A stretch of 64,000 nt of DNA from Candidatus Micrarchaeota archaeon (GTDB taxonomy: Archaea > Micrarchaeota > Micrarchaeia > Anstonellales > Bilamarchaeaceae): assembly GCA_038046765.1 (NCBI GenBank), contig JBBSVN010000010.1, positions 59,337 through 123,336 on the forward strand, written 5' to 3'. The notes beneath the pieces were generated by a model. That model saw nothing but the letters and a program-made list of their open reading frames with translations. It did not search any database and was not told where the DNA came from. A program made the position numbers and the translations under genes. How positions within the stretch are numbered: position 1 is the first letter of the stretch; each line of letters opens with the position of its first letter. Below are positions 10,037 through 18,481 of this stretch, in pieces.

Positions 10037-10663
10037 GTGATAATCATGTCAAAACTTAAACAAAAAATTGCATCCTCGCTTCTATGTACTGCAATTATTG
10101 TTGCACCTAAGTTCAGCGAAGCAGAAATCTTAAAAGAAGCTAAAATTGGTGCTGTTGTTGGTACTAATACTAATGGCAGATCTGTTTTTACAGGAGTAAA
10201 TTCACAAGTAAATCTGAATATTGGACCTAACACTAGTTTTACTGTTGAAGGCGGTCCTAGTATCGATAATTTACAAAATGCTGATTTTCAAAAAGGGAAA
10301 ATTGCAATTTCTCATCGCGAGTTTGGCTTCAGAGTTAAACGCGATTTAAGTTTTGGAAACAAAGGCTCGTTTGGTGCTTTTTTTGATTCTCATTTTTTAA
10401 CTTTCGGCATCGATAAGGGTCTTTTCAATGGAGGCGCAGTATTCACATTAAATAAAGGGTTTAATTTTAAGAGTTTATCCATACTTCCTGAATTTTTTGT
10501 TACTGCTGGGTTTAATTCAAATGAAATTGGTTCAGACTTAAGTTTATCTGTTCCTATATCTAAACATTTTTCATTAGATGGTTTAGTTATTTTCTCATTA
10601 ATTCGAGAAAGTGGTACCATCGGTACAGTTAATGCATCAGTTTCTTTTAATTATATTTTCTAA
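10037..10663 (+). CDS. secreted all-beta protein, outer-membrane beta-barrel-like
   Basis: Signal peptide (..SEA|E), alternating hydrophobic strands rich in G/F, C-terminal SFNYIF. Confidence 0.6.
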   Translation: MIIMSKLKQKIASSLLCTAIIVAPKFSEAEILKEAKIGAVVGTNTNGRSVFTGVNSQVNLNIGPNTSFTVEGGPSIDNLQNADFQKGKIAISHREFGFRVKRDLSFGNKGSFGAFFDSHFLTFGIDKGLFNGGAVFTLNKGFNFKSLSILPEFFVTAGFNSNEIGSDLSLSVPISKHFSLDGLVIFSLIRESGTIGTVNASVSFNYIF

Positions 10664-10724
10664 TATTTTTCTTTTCTTTTTCCTTCAATAATCTACATTT
10701 TAATTAGAAGCTTCATTTGTTTTT

Positions 10725-11246
10725 TTATTCTTTATGAAATTTCTTTTTGTCCTTGTTAATTTGGGCTTTTGAAGCAAACTTTCCATAAGGTGTTTCCTTC
10801 ACCTTGCTTTTATCAATTAGTTTATCCTTATGTAAAATTATTGTATTTCCATAATATCCAAGCAATTTGGCTATTTTCTTTGCCCTAAAAGTTTTTTTGT
10901 TTAAATTTCTTTCAATCCTTTTTTTCAAGTCTATTCTCTTACTGATTATTCCATTTACAATATGCACTGTCTGTGATGGCCTAGGGTTAATTCCAAAAAA
11001 ATTTTCTGCAGTAGCACAACTATAATAAAATTCTTTAGTTTTAAGGAACATTCGAACAGTTTTGGACAATATTGCTAATGGTTTTTCAATAAACCAAGCA
11101 TCTCTTTCTTCTTTACTTGGTATATAATATATTCCTTTAAATGGTGTTGGAAATATATCTAAACTCGCGCTCATATTCTTTATTTCTTTTGAAGTTAAAC
11201 CTTCTTCTAGTAATTGTTTGTAACTTATAATTTGTTTAGGCAACAT
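10725..11246 (-). CDS. putative AbiEi-like antitoxin / transcriptional regulator
   Basis: Overlaps the AbiEii-like gene; KGIYYIP and YYSCATA..FFG resemble AbiEi motifs. Confidence 0.6.
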   Translation of the reverse strand: MLPKQIISYKQLLEEGLTSKEIKNMSASLDIFPTPFKGIYYIPSKEERDAWFIEKPLAILSKTVRMFLKTKEFYYSCATAENFFGINPRPSQTVHIVNGIISKRIDLKKRIERNLNKKTFRAKKIAKLLGYYGNTIILHKDKLIDKSKVKETPYGKFASKAQINKDKKKFHKE

Positions 11247-11829
11247 GATTAATTACCTCTATAAATTCTATGTATTGTTTTTCTTCTAACATTAAATCCT
11301 TTAACTCCTCTAAATTCAGTGGGGCACCACACATCTTTATAATTTTTTTAATTTCTCCTAGGTCTTTTTTCAAGTAATTTAAAATCATAAAAATATCATA
11401 CAAATCTCTTGCTTCTTTTCTTGAGGCATAACTGATATTTTTTAGTTCTAACAAGTCTTCTAAAGAGGCTACCTTGATGTTGTTGTTTCCGATTGCTTTA
11501 TCTTCGACTCTTTTAATTTCTGTTTCAGGACTAAAAATTTCTATTTTTATGCTAGTGTCTTCAAATTGAATTACAAATTGATTTCTATACGCGCTTCTAA
11601 GGGTCTGATATCCTTTTTTGCTTAGCTTTCCTTTAAGTTCATTTTTTAGTTTTATTTCATCTTCTTTTGTAGTTGGAACAAAGTCTAAATCTATACTTAT
11701 CCTGTGTTTTAGATAAAAAAGAGCTAAAGCTGTTCCACCTACAAGTATTAGCTTGTCATCTGTGCATTCAGCTACATCCTCTATTATTTCGAGTATTTTT
11801 TTGTACTTTAAATAAAGCCTTTCATCCAT
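11236..11829 (-). CDS. AbiEii/AbiGii-family nucleotidyltransferase toxin
   Basis: LVGGTAL..HR.S.DLDF and K....R...RDLYD motifs. Confidence 0.9.
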   Translation of the reverse strand: MDERLYLKYKKILEIIEDVAECTDDKLILVGGTALALFYLKHRISIDLDFVPTTKEDEIKLKNELKGKLSKKGYQTLRSAYRNQFVIQFEDTSIKIEIFSPETEIKRVEDKAIGNNNIKVASLEDLLELKNISYASRKEARDLYDIFMILNYLKKDLGEIKKIIKMCGAPLNLEELKDLMLEEKQYIEFIEVINHVA

Positions 11830-11867
11830 ATTTGTATTTCTATCCGAACATTTATATACGTTTGCAC

Positions 11868-11890
11868 TAGGTTAAACTTTCTTTAACCTA
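11868..11890. promoter_or_regulatory. palindromic operator upstream of the AbiE-like operon
   Basis: TAGGTTAAA-N5-TTTAACCTA perfect inverted repeat just upstream of the TATA box (11851-11858). Confidence 0.6.
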
Positions 11891-12072
11891 ATAATATTAT
11901 AATCGTTTGACTAATTTTCTTTCGATGTTGTCTTTTCCTAGTTAATATTTTTTTCCAATTATCCAAATAAATAGCTATTTTCTTTCGGTTTTCTTCTGTT
12001 TTTTAATGAAAGATAATAAATAATCTGATTGCATGTTATATTTAGTGATAAAATTAGTAAAACTGATAAGAG

Positions 12073-12798
12073 GTGGGAATTATGGCTGATGTTTTAACTA
12101 ATAAAGAAACCAACAAAGACGAAAAATTTGTTAATTGGGGAACAAACTGGGCAACAGTACTCCCTGAACTAATTGGAGAAGACCTAAAACAAAAAATTTA
12201 CGATAATACTCTATTCAATCTTATGGGAGATCTAAAAGGAAAAACAATACTAGATTATGGTTCTGGTCCAGCAGTTATTGCATCTAGGGCAAAAAAAATC
12301 GGTGCAGATGTAAAAGTATTTGATATTTCATCAGAAATGCTAAAGGCATCTGCAAATAAAATTGGCATATACAATGTTTATCATAAAATTGATGAAATAC
12401 CTAGCAATCATTTTGACGTTGTCCTGTGCAATCTGGTTGTATGTATAGTTCCAGAAGAAGCTGAAGTTGCAAGAATTGCTCTTAATCTAAGATTAGCTCT
12501 TAAGGAAGATGGGGTAACTTACATTGGTTTTTGCAATCCAAAAATTTTCAATGTTCCAGAATCCATAATTGACTATCGAATGCAAACTGGTAGGAAATAT
12601 GCTGAATGCCATCAATATCAAAAAATCAAAAAAGAAGGCGGTTACAAAATTGTTGAAATGCATAGACCAACAGAATGGTACGAAACAATTTTCAAGAGTG
12701 TTGGGCTAAATGTTACATCCGTTCATCTGACTCCAAGTTATGACTTAAATGGAAGGCAAATTAATGATTTTGTTATCCTAGAAGTTAGAAAAAATTAG
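12073..12798 (+). CDS. class I SAM-dependent methyltransferase
   Basis: ILDYGSGP motif I, FDIS..ML, FDVVLCN. Confidence 0.9.
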   Translation: MGIMADVLTNKETNKDEKFVNWGTNWATVLPELIGEDLKQKIYDNTLFNLMGDLKGKTILDYGSGPAVIASRAKKIGADVKVFDISSEMLKASANKIGIYNVYHKIDEIPSNHFDVVLCNLVVCIVPEEAEVARIALNLRLALKEDGVTYIGFCNPKIFNVPESIIDYRMQTGRKYAECHQYQKIKKEGGYKIVEMHRPTEWYETIFKSVGLNVTSVHLTPSYDLNGRQINDFVILEVRKN

Positions 12799-12808
12799 GT
12801 GATTTATT

Positions 12809-13180
12809 ATGAAAATGAAAGTCGGACAAAAGGAAAAAATGAGTATCGCTAAATGCAGTTTTGTCAGGCATGCTTTATTTGGATCTGCTCTGTTAGTTTC
12901 TGCTGCAAGTGGGTGTGAAAGTAGAAAGAGTGAAGAACCAGAAAATATGACACAGATGACTTTTCTTAACGGTGCAAAAATCTCAGGATGTATGTTTAAG
13001 GCAGATAAGAAAAATCCACTTGAGAAAGATGAGCTTGCGATACATATTGTCTTGTCAGATGAAGTGCCTGCTGGAGATACTCTAGCTGTGCGTAACATAA
13101 GTTCTCAATTAGGGGTAGTTCAAATCAACGGATTTGGGGCAAATCGAAAATTAAAATTTCCGAAATGTAACAGAGAATAA
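12809..13180 (+). CDS. hypothetical exported/lipoprotein
   Basis: GGTGA SD; hydrophobic stretch ending in ASGC. Confidence 0.5.
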   Translation: MKMKVGQKEKMSIAKCSFVRHALFGSALLVSAASGCESRKSEEPENMTQMTFLNGAKISGCMFKADKKNPLEKDELAIHIVLSDEVPAGDTLAVRNISSQLGVVQINGFGANRKLKFPKCNRE

Positions 13181-13204
13181 TAATGCTGCAAGGGGTGGAT
13201 AAAA

Positions 13205-14515
13205 ATGCTAAATGTATTAAAAACAAAACTGTCAGATTATTTCGAGTTTGCCAAGCATAAAGCTAATTTCAAAACTGAAATTTTAGCTGGTATTTCTACA
13301 TTCTTGGCACTATCCTACATTTTCATTGTAAATCCTGCAATATTAGGTGAAGCCGGTATGGCTAAGGGTTTTGTTTTCTTTGCCACAGTATTTGCCTCTT
13401 GTATTGTAACTTTAGCTATGGGGTTATACGCAAAGAAGCCCCTAGTTTTAGCTCCTGGTTTGGAGATGAATGGTTATATTGCATTTTTTGTAATTGGCGC
13501 GCTAGGTTTTAGTTGGCAGGGAGCTTTAGGTGCAGTATTCTGGGAAGGGGTTTTATGTATCCTGTTTACTTTGCACGAAATGAGAGTAAGGATAATCAAG
13601 GCAGTTCCTGCGAGTATGAAAGCTGGTTTATCATTAAGCGTCGGCGTATTTGTCGCAATAATCGGTTTAAAGGTTTCTAATATTTTACTATATCAAGGAA
13701 TTGTCCTATCTGGAATAGGTGCGCTCCTTTCAAAAGAAGCCTTGGTTGTTTATTTTGGGCTAGCTGTTATTTTGATACTTGAGAGATTGAAGATAACTGG
13801 CTCGGTTTTAATCAGTATAATTCTTGCTACTTTGCTTGCTTATTACTTCGGTTTAGGGGTAAAGCCTGAAGAAGTATCATTGCTTTCTCAAGGATGGCTT
13901 GATGGCTTTTTGAAGTTTGATTTAGGAGTCATCTTAGATCCAAGAATGTGGAGTATTATTCTCACGCTTTTTGTAATTGATTTTTATGGTAGTATTGCTA
14001 AGTTCATTGGATTAACCAGGAACACTTCCATAGTAGATGAAAAGGGGGACATGCCGCAGATAAAAGAAGCTATGCTCGTTGATGGAGCGGGTACTATAAT
14101 CGGCGCGGGAGCTGGAACAAGTAGCATAATCACATATGTAGAAAGCGCGGTCGGTATAGGTGCTGGCGGAAGAACCGGATTGACTGCAGTAGTTTGCGGC
14201 TTACTTATGTTGTCATTCCTTTTATTACCGAACCTAGTAGGATTAGTACCTGTTATATCTGCTGCTGGTGCGCTATTATTTGTCGGATTAACTCTTATGC
14301 CTTCTAGAAAAGAACTTACAACATACTCAAATGTTGAGAAAGCGTCTATTCTTGCAATGGCGCTTACAGTATTATTTACATTTGCATTAGACAAAGCTAT
14401 GCTGATTGGTTTTGGAACTTATATTATTGGCTCAGTTCTAGCTGGTAAATCAAAGCAAGTTGACATCTATTTGGTTATTTCAACTGCATTAATTTTGCTT
14501 GCATTAGTGTTTTAG
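13205..14515 (+). CDS. NCS2/AzgA-family purine permease
   Basis: TEILAGISTFL..YI.IVNP, APGL, YVESA.GI..GGRTGLTA motifs. Confidence 0.93.
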   Translation: MLNVLKTKLSDYFEFAKHKANFKTEILAGISTFLALSYIFIVNPAILGEAGMAKGFVFFATVFASCIVTLAMGLYAKKPLVLAPGLEMNGYIAFFVIGALGFSWQGALGAVFWEGVLCILFTLHEMRVRIIKAVPASMKAGLSLSVGVFVAIIGLKVSNILLYQGIVLSGIGALLSKEALVVYFGLAVILILERLKITGSVLISIILATLLAYYFGLGVKPEEVSLLSQGWLDGFLKFDLGVILDPRMWSIILTLFVIDFYGSIAKFIGLTRNTSIVDEKGDMPQIKEAMLVDGAGTIIGAGAGTSSIITYVESAVGIGAGGRTGLTAVVCGLLMLSFLLLPNLVGLVPVISAAGALLFVGLTLMPSRKELTTYSNVEKASILAMALTVLFTFALDKAMLIGFGTYIIGSVLAGKSKQVDIYLVISTALILLALVF

Positions 14516-14553
14516 CAGGTGTAATTATTTTTCTTTCTTTTCTTATTAAAATA

Positions 14554-14630
14554 TTACATTTTAGTAAATCCATTCGTCAAGATGTATACATTATAGTAAA
14601 TCAATTTGCTAAAATGTAATAAATTAGCTA
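14554..14630. repeat. 77-bp direct repeat, copy 1 (two tandem 32-bp imperfect palindromes)
   Basis: 71/77 identical to 15877-15953. Confidence 0.95.
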
Positions 14631-14638
14631 GTTTTTGC

Positions 14639-15844
14639 CTATTTTTTATCTTTTTCTACTAAACCAACCATAAACAGAGGTCTTTTCATTTCTTCGATTA
14701 CTCCAGGATGCGTTAATATAATCTGTTTCTTTGCTTTAAAACCTTTAAACTGGCTTGCGCTTTTATTTACTCCGCCTATTTCAAAAACAGTTTCCCCAAT
14801 CAAATAATCAGGTATCTTTTCTCCTCTTTCTGATTTTAAATAGTTTATTTCAAAATCAAGATTCTGTATCGCTTCAGCAAAAAAATCTTCTCTTATTGCG
14901 CCTATGCATTCATCGTAATTTTTATAAAGCAGACGATAAGGTAATGCAAGCAGTATCTTAGGTTCCTTTAGGACATTTGTTCCTTTAGGAAAAATGCATC
15001 TTAAAACAAATGTTTTTTCAAGCACTGTAGCATATTTCTCTACCTTATACTTTGTTGAGCCAATATTTTTTGCAACATTTGTGTAGCTAGTATCTTCAAC
15101 AGATGATTTACCAAGAAATGAGATCATTTTTCTTACTTCTACAGCTTCTTCAGAAGTTACCCTCCCGCCTAAAACTAAATCATTTCTTATAATTGTTTCT
15201 AGGATGTTGAAAAATAAAGATATTGTTTCTATTTTTCCCATCGTAAAAGGATAATTCCTTCCTTTTAAGTATAATTCAAAAAGAGGTTCTAGGTGTAAAA
15301 TTTTTCCATAATATTTTTTTGCGATTTCCATATCCGCTAAATCTTCAATGTTGAACTTTGGCAAAATTTCATCTTTTTCAAAATAAATAAATTCCCTAAA
15401 TGAAAACGGGTGTACCTTTATTATCCTCATTCTTCTTGAAAGGTCTGCAGATAACTCATGAAGGGAAATCGAAGAAGAACTAGTGCAAACTACGTTTATT
15501 TTTAAAAAGTCATAAATTCTTTTTAATTCAACTTCAAAGTTTGGATAGTTGTGTATTTCATCTATAAATAGTAATTTTGTATCTTTTTCTTCCAGCTCCT
15601 TTGCTAGTTCAAATAAATTAGTATCGATACCACCTGTTTCCAAAGATACATAAAAAGAAGATTCAGTTTCGTATAAAAGCTGCTTTAGTATAGTTGTTTT
15701 TCCAGCCCCCCTTGATCCGATCAATGCGATAAATGTTCTTTCTGGCAGGTATTTTTTAATGTCTTCATAAACAAATCTTTTTTTTGTATATGTTACACCT
15801 TCTGCTCGTGCTTTAGCATTTAGTTCATTTAGTATCGGTTGCAT
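14639..15844 (-). CDS. COG1373 / AAA_14 AAA+ ATPase with a C-terminal PD-(D/E)xK-like domain
   Basis: Walker A GSRGAGKT, Walker B LFIDEIH, PFSFREF, C-terminal PDY...FEIGG. Confidence 0.9.
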   Translation of the reverse strand: MQPILNELNAKARAEGVTYTKKRFVYEDIKKYLPERTFIALIGSRGAGKTTILKQLLYETESSFYVSLETGGIDTNLFELAKELEEKDTKLLFIDEIHNYPNFEVELKRIYDFLKINVVCTSSSSISLHELSADLSRRMRIIKVHPFSFREFIYFEKDEILPKFNIEDLADMEIAKKYYGKILHLEPLFELYLKGRNYPFTMGKIETISLFFNILETIIRNDLVLGGRVTSEEAVEVRKMISFLGKSSVEDTSYTNVAKNIGSTKYKVEKYATVLEKTFVLRCIFPKGTNVLKEPKILLALPYRLLYKNYDECIGAIREDFFAEAIQNLDFEINYLKSERGEKIPDYLIGETVFEIGGVNKSASQFKGFKAKKQIILTHPGVIEEMKRPLFMVGLVEKDKK

Positions 15845-15876
15845 AATCTATAAACAGCACAACAATATTTAAATCT

Positions 15877-15953
15877 TTACATTTTAGTAAATCCATTTTC
15901 CAAGATGCATACATTATAGTAAATTAATTTTCTAAAATGTAATAAATTAGCTA
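15877..15953. repeat. 77-bp direct repeat, copy 2
   Basis: Matches 14554-14630; abuts the TATA box of the ATPase gene and the herA stop codon. Confidence 0.95.
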
Positions 15954-15954
15954 A

Positions 15955-17466
15955 TTATAAGAATGCTTCAACCTGTTTCTCCTTTTTTACCTTAGTTTCT
16001 TCAAACCTTTTAGCCATATCTCTAAGTGGTGCGCCTTTTTCTCGCTTAACTGATTTTCGTTGTCTAACTGATAAGAAAATCGGGTGATTAACTGCTTCTC
16101 CAACAACAATTGCTTCGCCCGTCTTTAATCCCGTAATGCTCTTAGCAACCGTTGAATCAATACCCTCGCTACTCATTTGAATGTGATCTAAATCATTTGG
16201 GTTAGTTACACGTAAAATAATGTGCGTAGCGCACTGCGAAAGTGCAGTTGTACTTAAATTAACTGGACGCTGAGAGATTAAGCAAAGTGAAGCGCCAAAT
16301 TTTCTTCCTTCTCGCGCGATCGTTTCAATTATACTTCTTGAAATTGCTTCGCTAGCTTCTGCTTTTTCACGTGCAAAGTTATGCGCTTCTTCAATAAGTA
16401 ATAAAAATGGCGGAATCCTTTCTTTTTTCCTTAAATTAAATAACTTTCTTCCAAGTAAAGAAACTAAAATTTGTTTTTTTCTTAAGCTATCAACGCTTGA
16501 AAAATCTAAAATTAAAAGTTTACCTGGCACAACCTGTTTTATTAGGCTTGGATTTTGTTCATCCTTAGAAATAAATCTGTATCTATGAATTTCACGAAGC
16601 GCCCTTTTCAATGTTTTTTTGACAACATCTGTTGATATATCACTATCATCAATAGCTGCAATGAGTTCGGAAAATCCGTAGTTTACTTCATGCTCTCGCT
16701 TACACTGCTGCATTGCATATCGTAAAAGTTCTTTTTGTGGCGGGGATAAATTTGGTAACCACTCTTCAAGCATTTCTGGGGCGATTTTTGAAAGTGGAAT
16801 ACGCATGTCTTTTACATCAACTATTTCGGTATTGGATCCGTACTTTTGGTCATACTTAAATCCAATGTATTCGCCGTGCATATCGATTACGATTGTTGCA
16901 ATTCTACCTTCGCCTTCTTTAATTTCTAAAAGTTCTTCCATTAAAACTGATGATAAATGTGATTTACCTGCCCCAGACATTGCTAATATCGCTAAGTGCT
17001 TCTGAAGTAGCCTCGTCAAATCAATATTCGCTAGCGTATCATGATGTTGTAAGTTTCCTAAATAAAGTCCGTCCGCAGAAAATCCCAAGAAATTCTTTAG
17101 AATTTCTGATTCGCATATCTCAACTTCATTTCCAGGCGAGGGCGGAAGATAACATCTGGTAAATTTACTCTCATCTTTAGCACCAAGTACTCGAACTTCC
17201 GCTACAGAATAATCCCAGTTTGTTGTAGGAAAATCCATTTTTATACTACCCTGGTTCTCATAAGTGGAAATCGTTTCAGCCCGTTCAAAATAACGATTTG
17301 ATCTATATATCTCTTTAATCATTCCAAATATTATTCCATTCTCGTTTTTTGTCTGAACGTATTGTCCTTTTTTGACATTTGATTTAGAATTAGTAATGAC
17401 GAAAGCAAATTCACTAGTCGAAGGAGATTCTTCTGTTGAAACTACTGTACCTATTGCATGTGACAT
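15955..17466 (-). CDS. herA: HerA-like ATPase/helicase (HAS barrel + DUF87)
   Basis: HLAILAMSGAGKS, DMHGEY, IEEAHNF, AREGRKFG, SQRP motifs. Confidence 0.9.
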   Translation of the reverse strand: MSHAIGTVVSTEESPSTSEFAFVITNSKSNVKKGQYVQTKNENGIIFGMIKEIYRSNRYFERAETISTYENQGSIKMDFPTTNWDYSVAEVRVLGAKDESKFTRCYLPPSPGNEVEICESEILKNFLGFSADGLYLGNLQHHDTLANIDLTRLLQKHLAILAMSGAGKSHLSSVLMEELLEIKEGEGRIATIVIDMHGEYIGFKYDQKYGSNTEIVDVKDMRIPLSKIAPEMLEEWLPNLSPPQKELLRYAMQQCKREHEVNYGFSELIAAIDDSDISTDVVKKTLKRALREIHRYRFISKDEQNPSLIKQVVPGKLLILDFSSVDSLRKKQILVSLLGRKLFNLRKKERIPPFLLLIEEAHNFAREKAEASEAISRSIIETIAREGRKFGASLCLISQRPVNLSTTALSQCATHIILRVTNPNDLDHIQMSSEGIDSTVAKSITGLKTGEAIVVGEAVNHPIFLSVRQRKSVKREKGAPLRDMAKRFEETKVKKEKQVEAFL

Positions 17467-17498
17467 ACTTGGTTTAAGCAGCTAAGTTTAATATTCCT

Positions 17499-18026
17499 TT
17501 ACTGAAAACTCGTCCGACTAATCTTCACAAAAATTGGTTTCTGATTCTTTTTATCAACGTACGCTAGAACTAATTCTTTTCGAAGGTTATTTGCTATTTC
17601 CATTTCCTTTTCGATATCGCTAAGTTTTGCCTTTCCACTTGAATCAATAACCTTAACTAAGTATTTTGTCCGATCTTCGCCTGGTCTAAAACCTTTTTGG
17701 TAAACTCTAAAATACGCGCTATCTTCAAGATTAAGCCTTGCAATAAATCCATTATCCCTAAAGTATCTAAGAATTGCATATTTTTCCTGTGCGAGTTTAT
17801 CCTTCTTTAGAAATTTCCAAAGCTCATCTTTATCAAGTTCCAAGACTCCTTTTTCAGTAAAGTAAATTGCTTCTAGAAAAGTTAGTTTGTTTTCATCGTA
17901 AAGTAATCCGCCTAAATCCTGAATTTTTGATATAATTTGCGTATCATTTATTTTTAAAATATAATTTTTCTTGTCTAGTTCTAAGTTTTTCGAATTCTTC
18001 ATGTTTTTACCCCTATATTTAATCAA
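17499..18026 (-). CDS. endA: tRNA-splicing endonuclease family subunit, probably non-catalytic
   Basis: LTFLEAIY, RDNGF, FRVY..G.RPG, RKELVLAYVD; the usual GxKYG Tyr and the catalytic His are not evident. Confidence 0.75.
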   Translation of the reverse strand: MIKYRGKNMKNSKNLELDKKNYILKINDTQIISKIQDLGGLLYDENKLTFLEAIYFTEKGVLELDKDELWKFLKKDKLAQEKYAILRYFRDNGFIARLNLEDSAYFRVYQKGFRPGEDRTKYLVKVIDSSGKAKLSDIEKEMEIANNLRKELVLAYVDKKNQKPIFVKISRTSFQ

Positions 18027-18060
18027 TTAAAATAAAAAAAAGAAAATTTAAAATGATGTT

Positions 18061-18468
18061 TTAAAAGAATCTGTTTGATAGTACAATCGATGCGCCTATT
18101 GCGATCATTGCTACTAATTGATATACTGAAAATATCGTGTATGTCATACTAGATCGTTTTTCAAACAATACGCTTGAGAAGTTTGTTGTTGCAATAAATC
18201 CAGCCCACAATAAGACTCCTATTAATGCACCATACAATGCTCCAGTTATTCTAAATTGCTCTAAAACTATTGCTAGTACAAATGTCTGTACTACGGACAT
18301 AACGGTCATAAGGAAATATGTTTTACCTGTGTCACTTTTTTTAACTTCTGATTCCTTCATCTTTAATTCTTTCATCCATTGTTTTCCAAAAACTGATGGG
18401 GAATACCATATCATACCTATAACAATTGATACTACTGTTCCGATAATTACCGATATTGCATTAATCAT
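18061..18468 (-). CDS. DUF1761-family membrane protein
   Basis: G.IWYSP..FGK.W motif; four TM helices. Confidence 0.85.
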   Translation of the reverse strand: MINAISVIIGTVVSIVIGMIWYSPSVFGKQWMKELKMKESEVKKSDTGKTYFLMTVMSVVQTFVLAIVLEQFRITGALYGALIGVLLWAGFIATTNFSSVLFEKRSSMTYTIFSVYQLVAMIAIGASIVLSNRFF

Positions 18469-18481
18469 ATTTTTTACTCAC

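Noticed and set aside
10694..10706. TACATTTTAATTA shared with 24622-24634 and resembling the 32-bp palindrome arm
   Set aside because: Short and AT-rich; could be chance.
14554..15953. Possible CRISPR array or IS ends
   Set aside because: No unique spacers between units, no cas or transposase gene, and the long repeats are direct.
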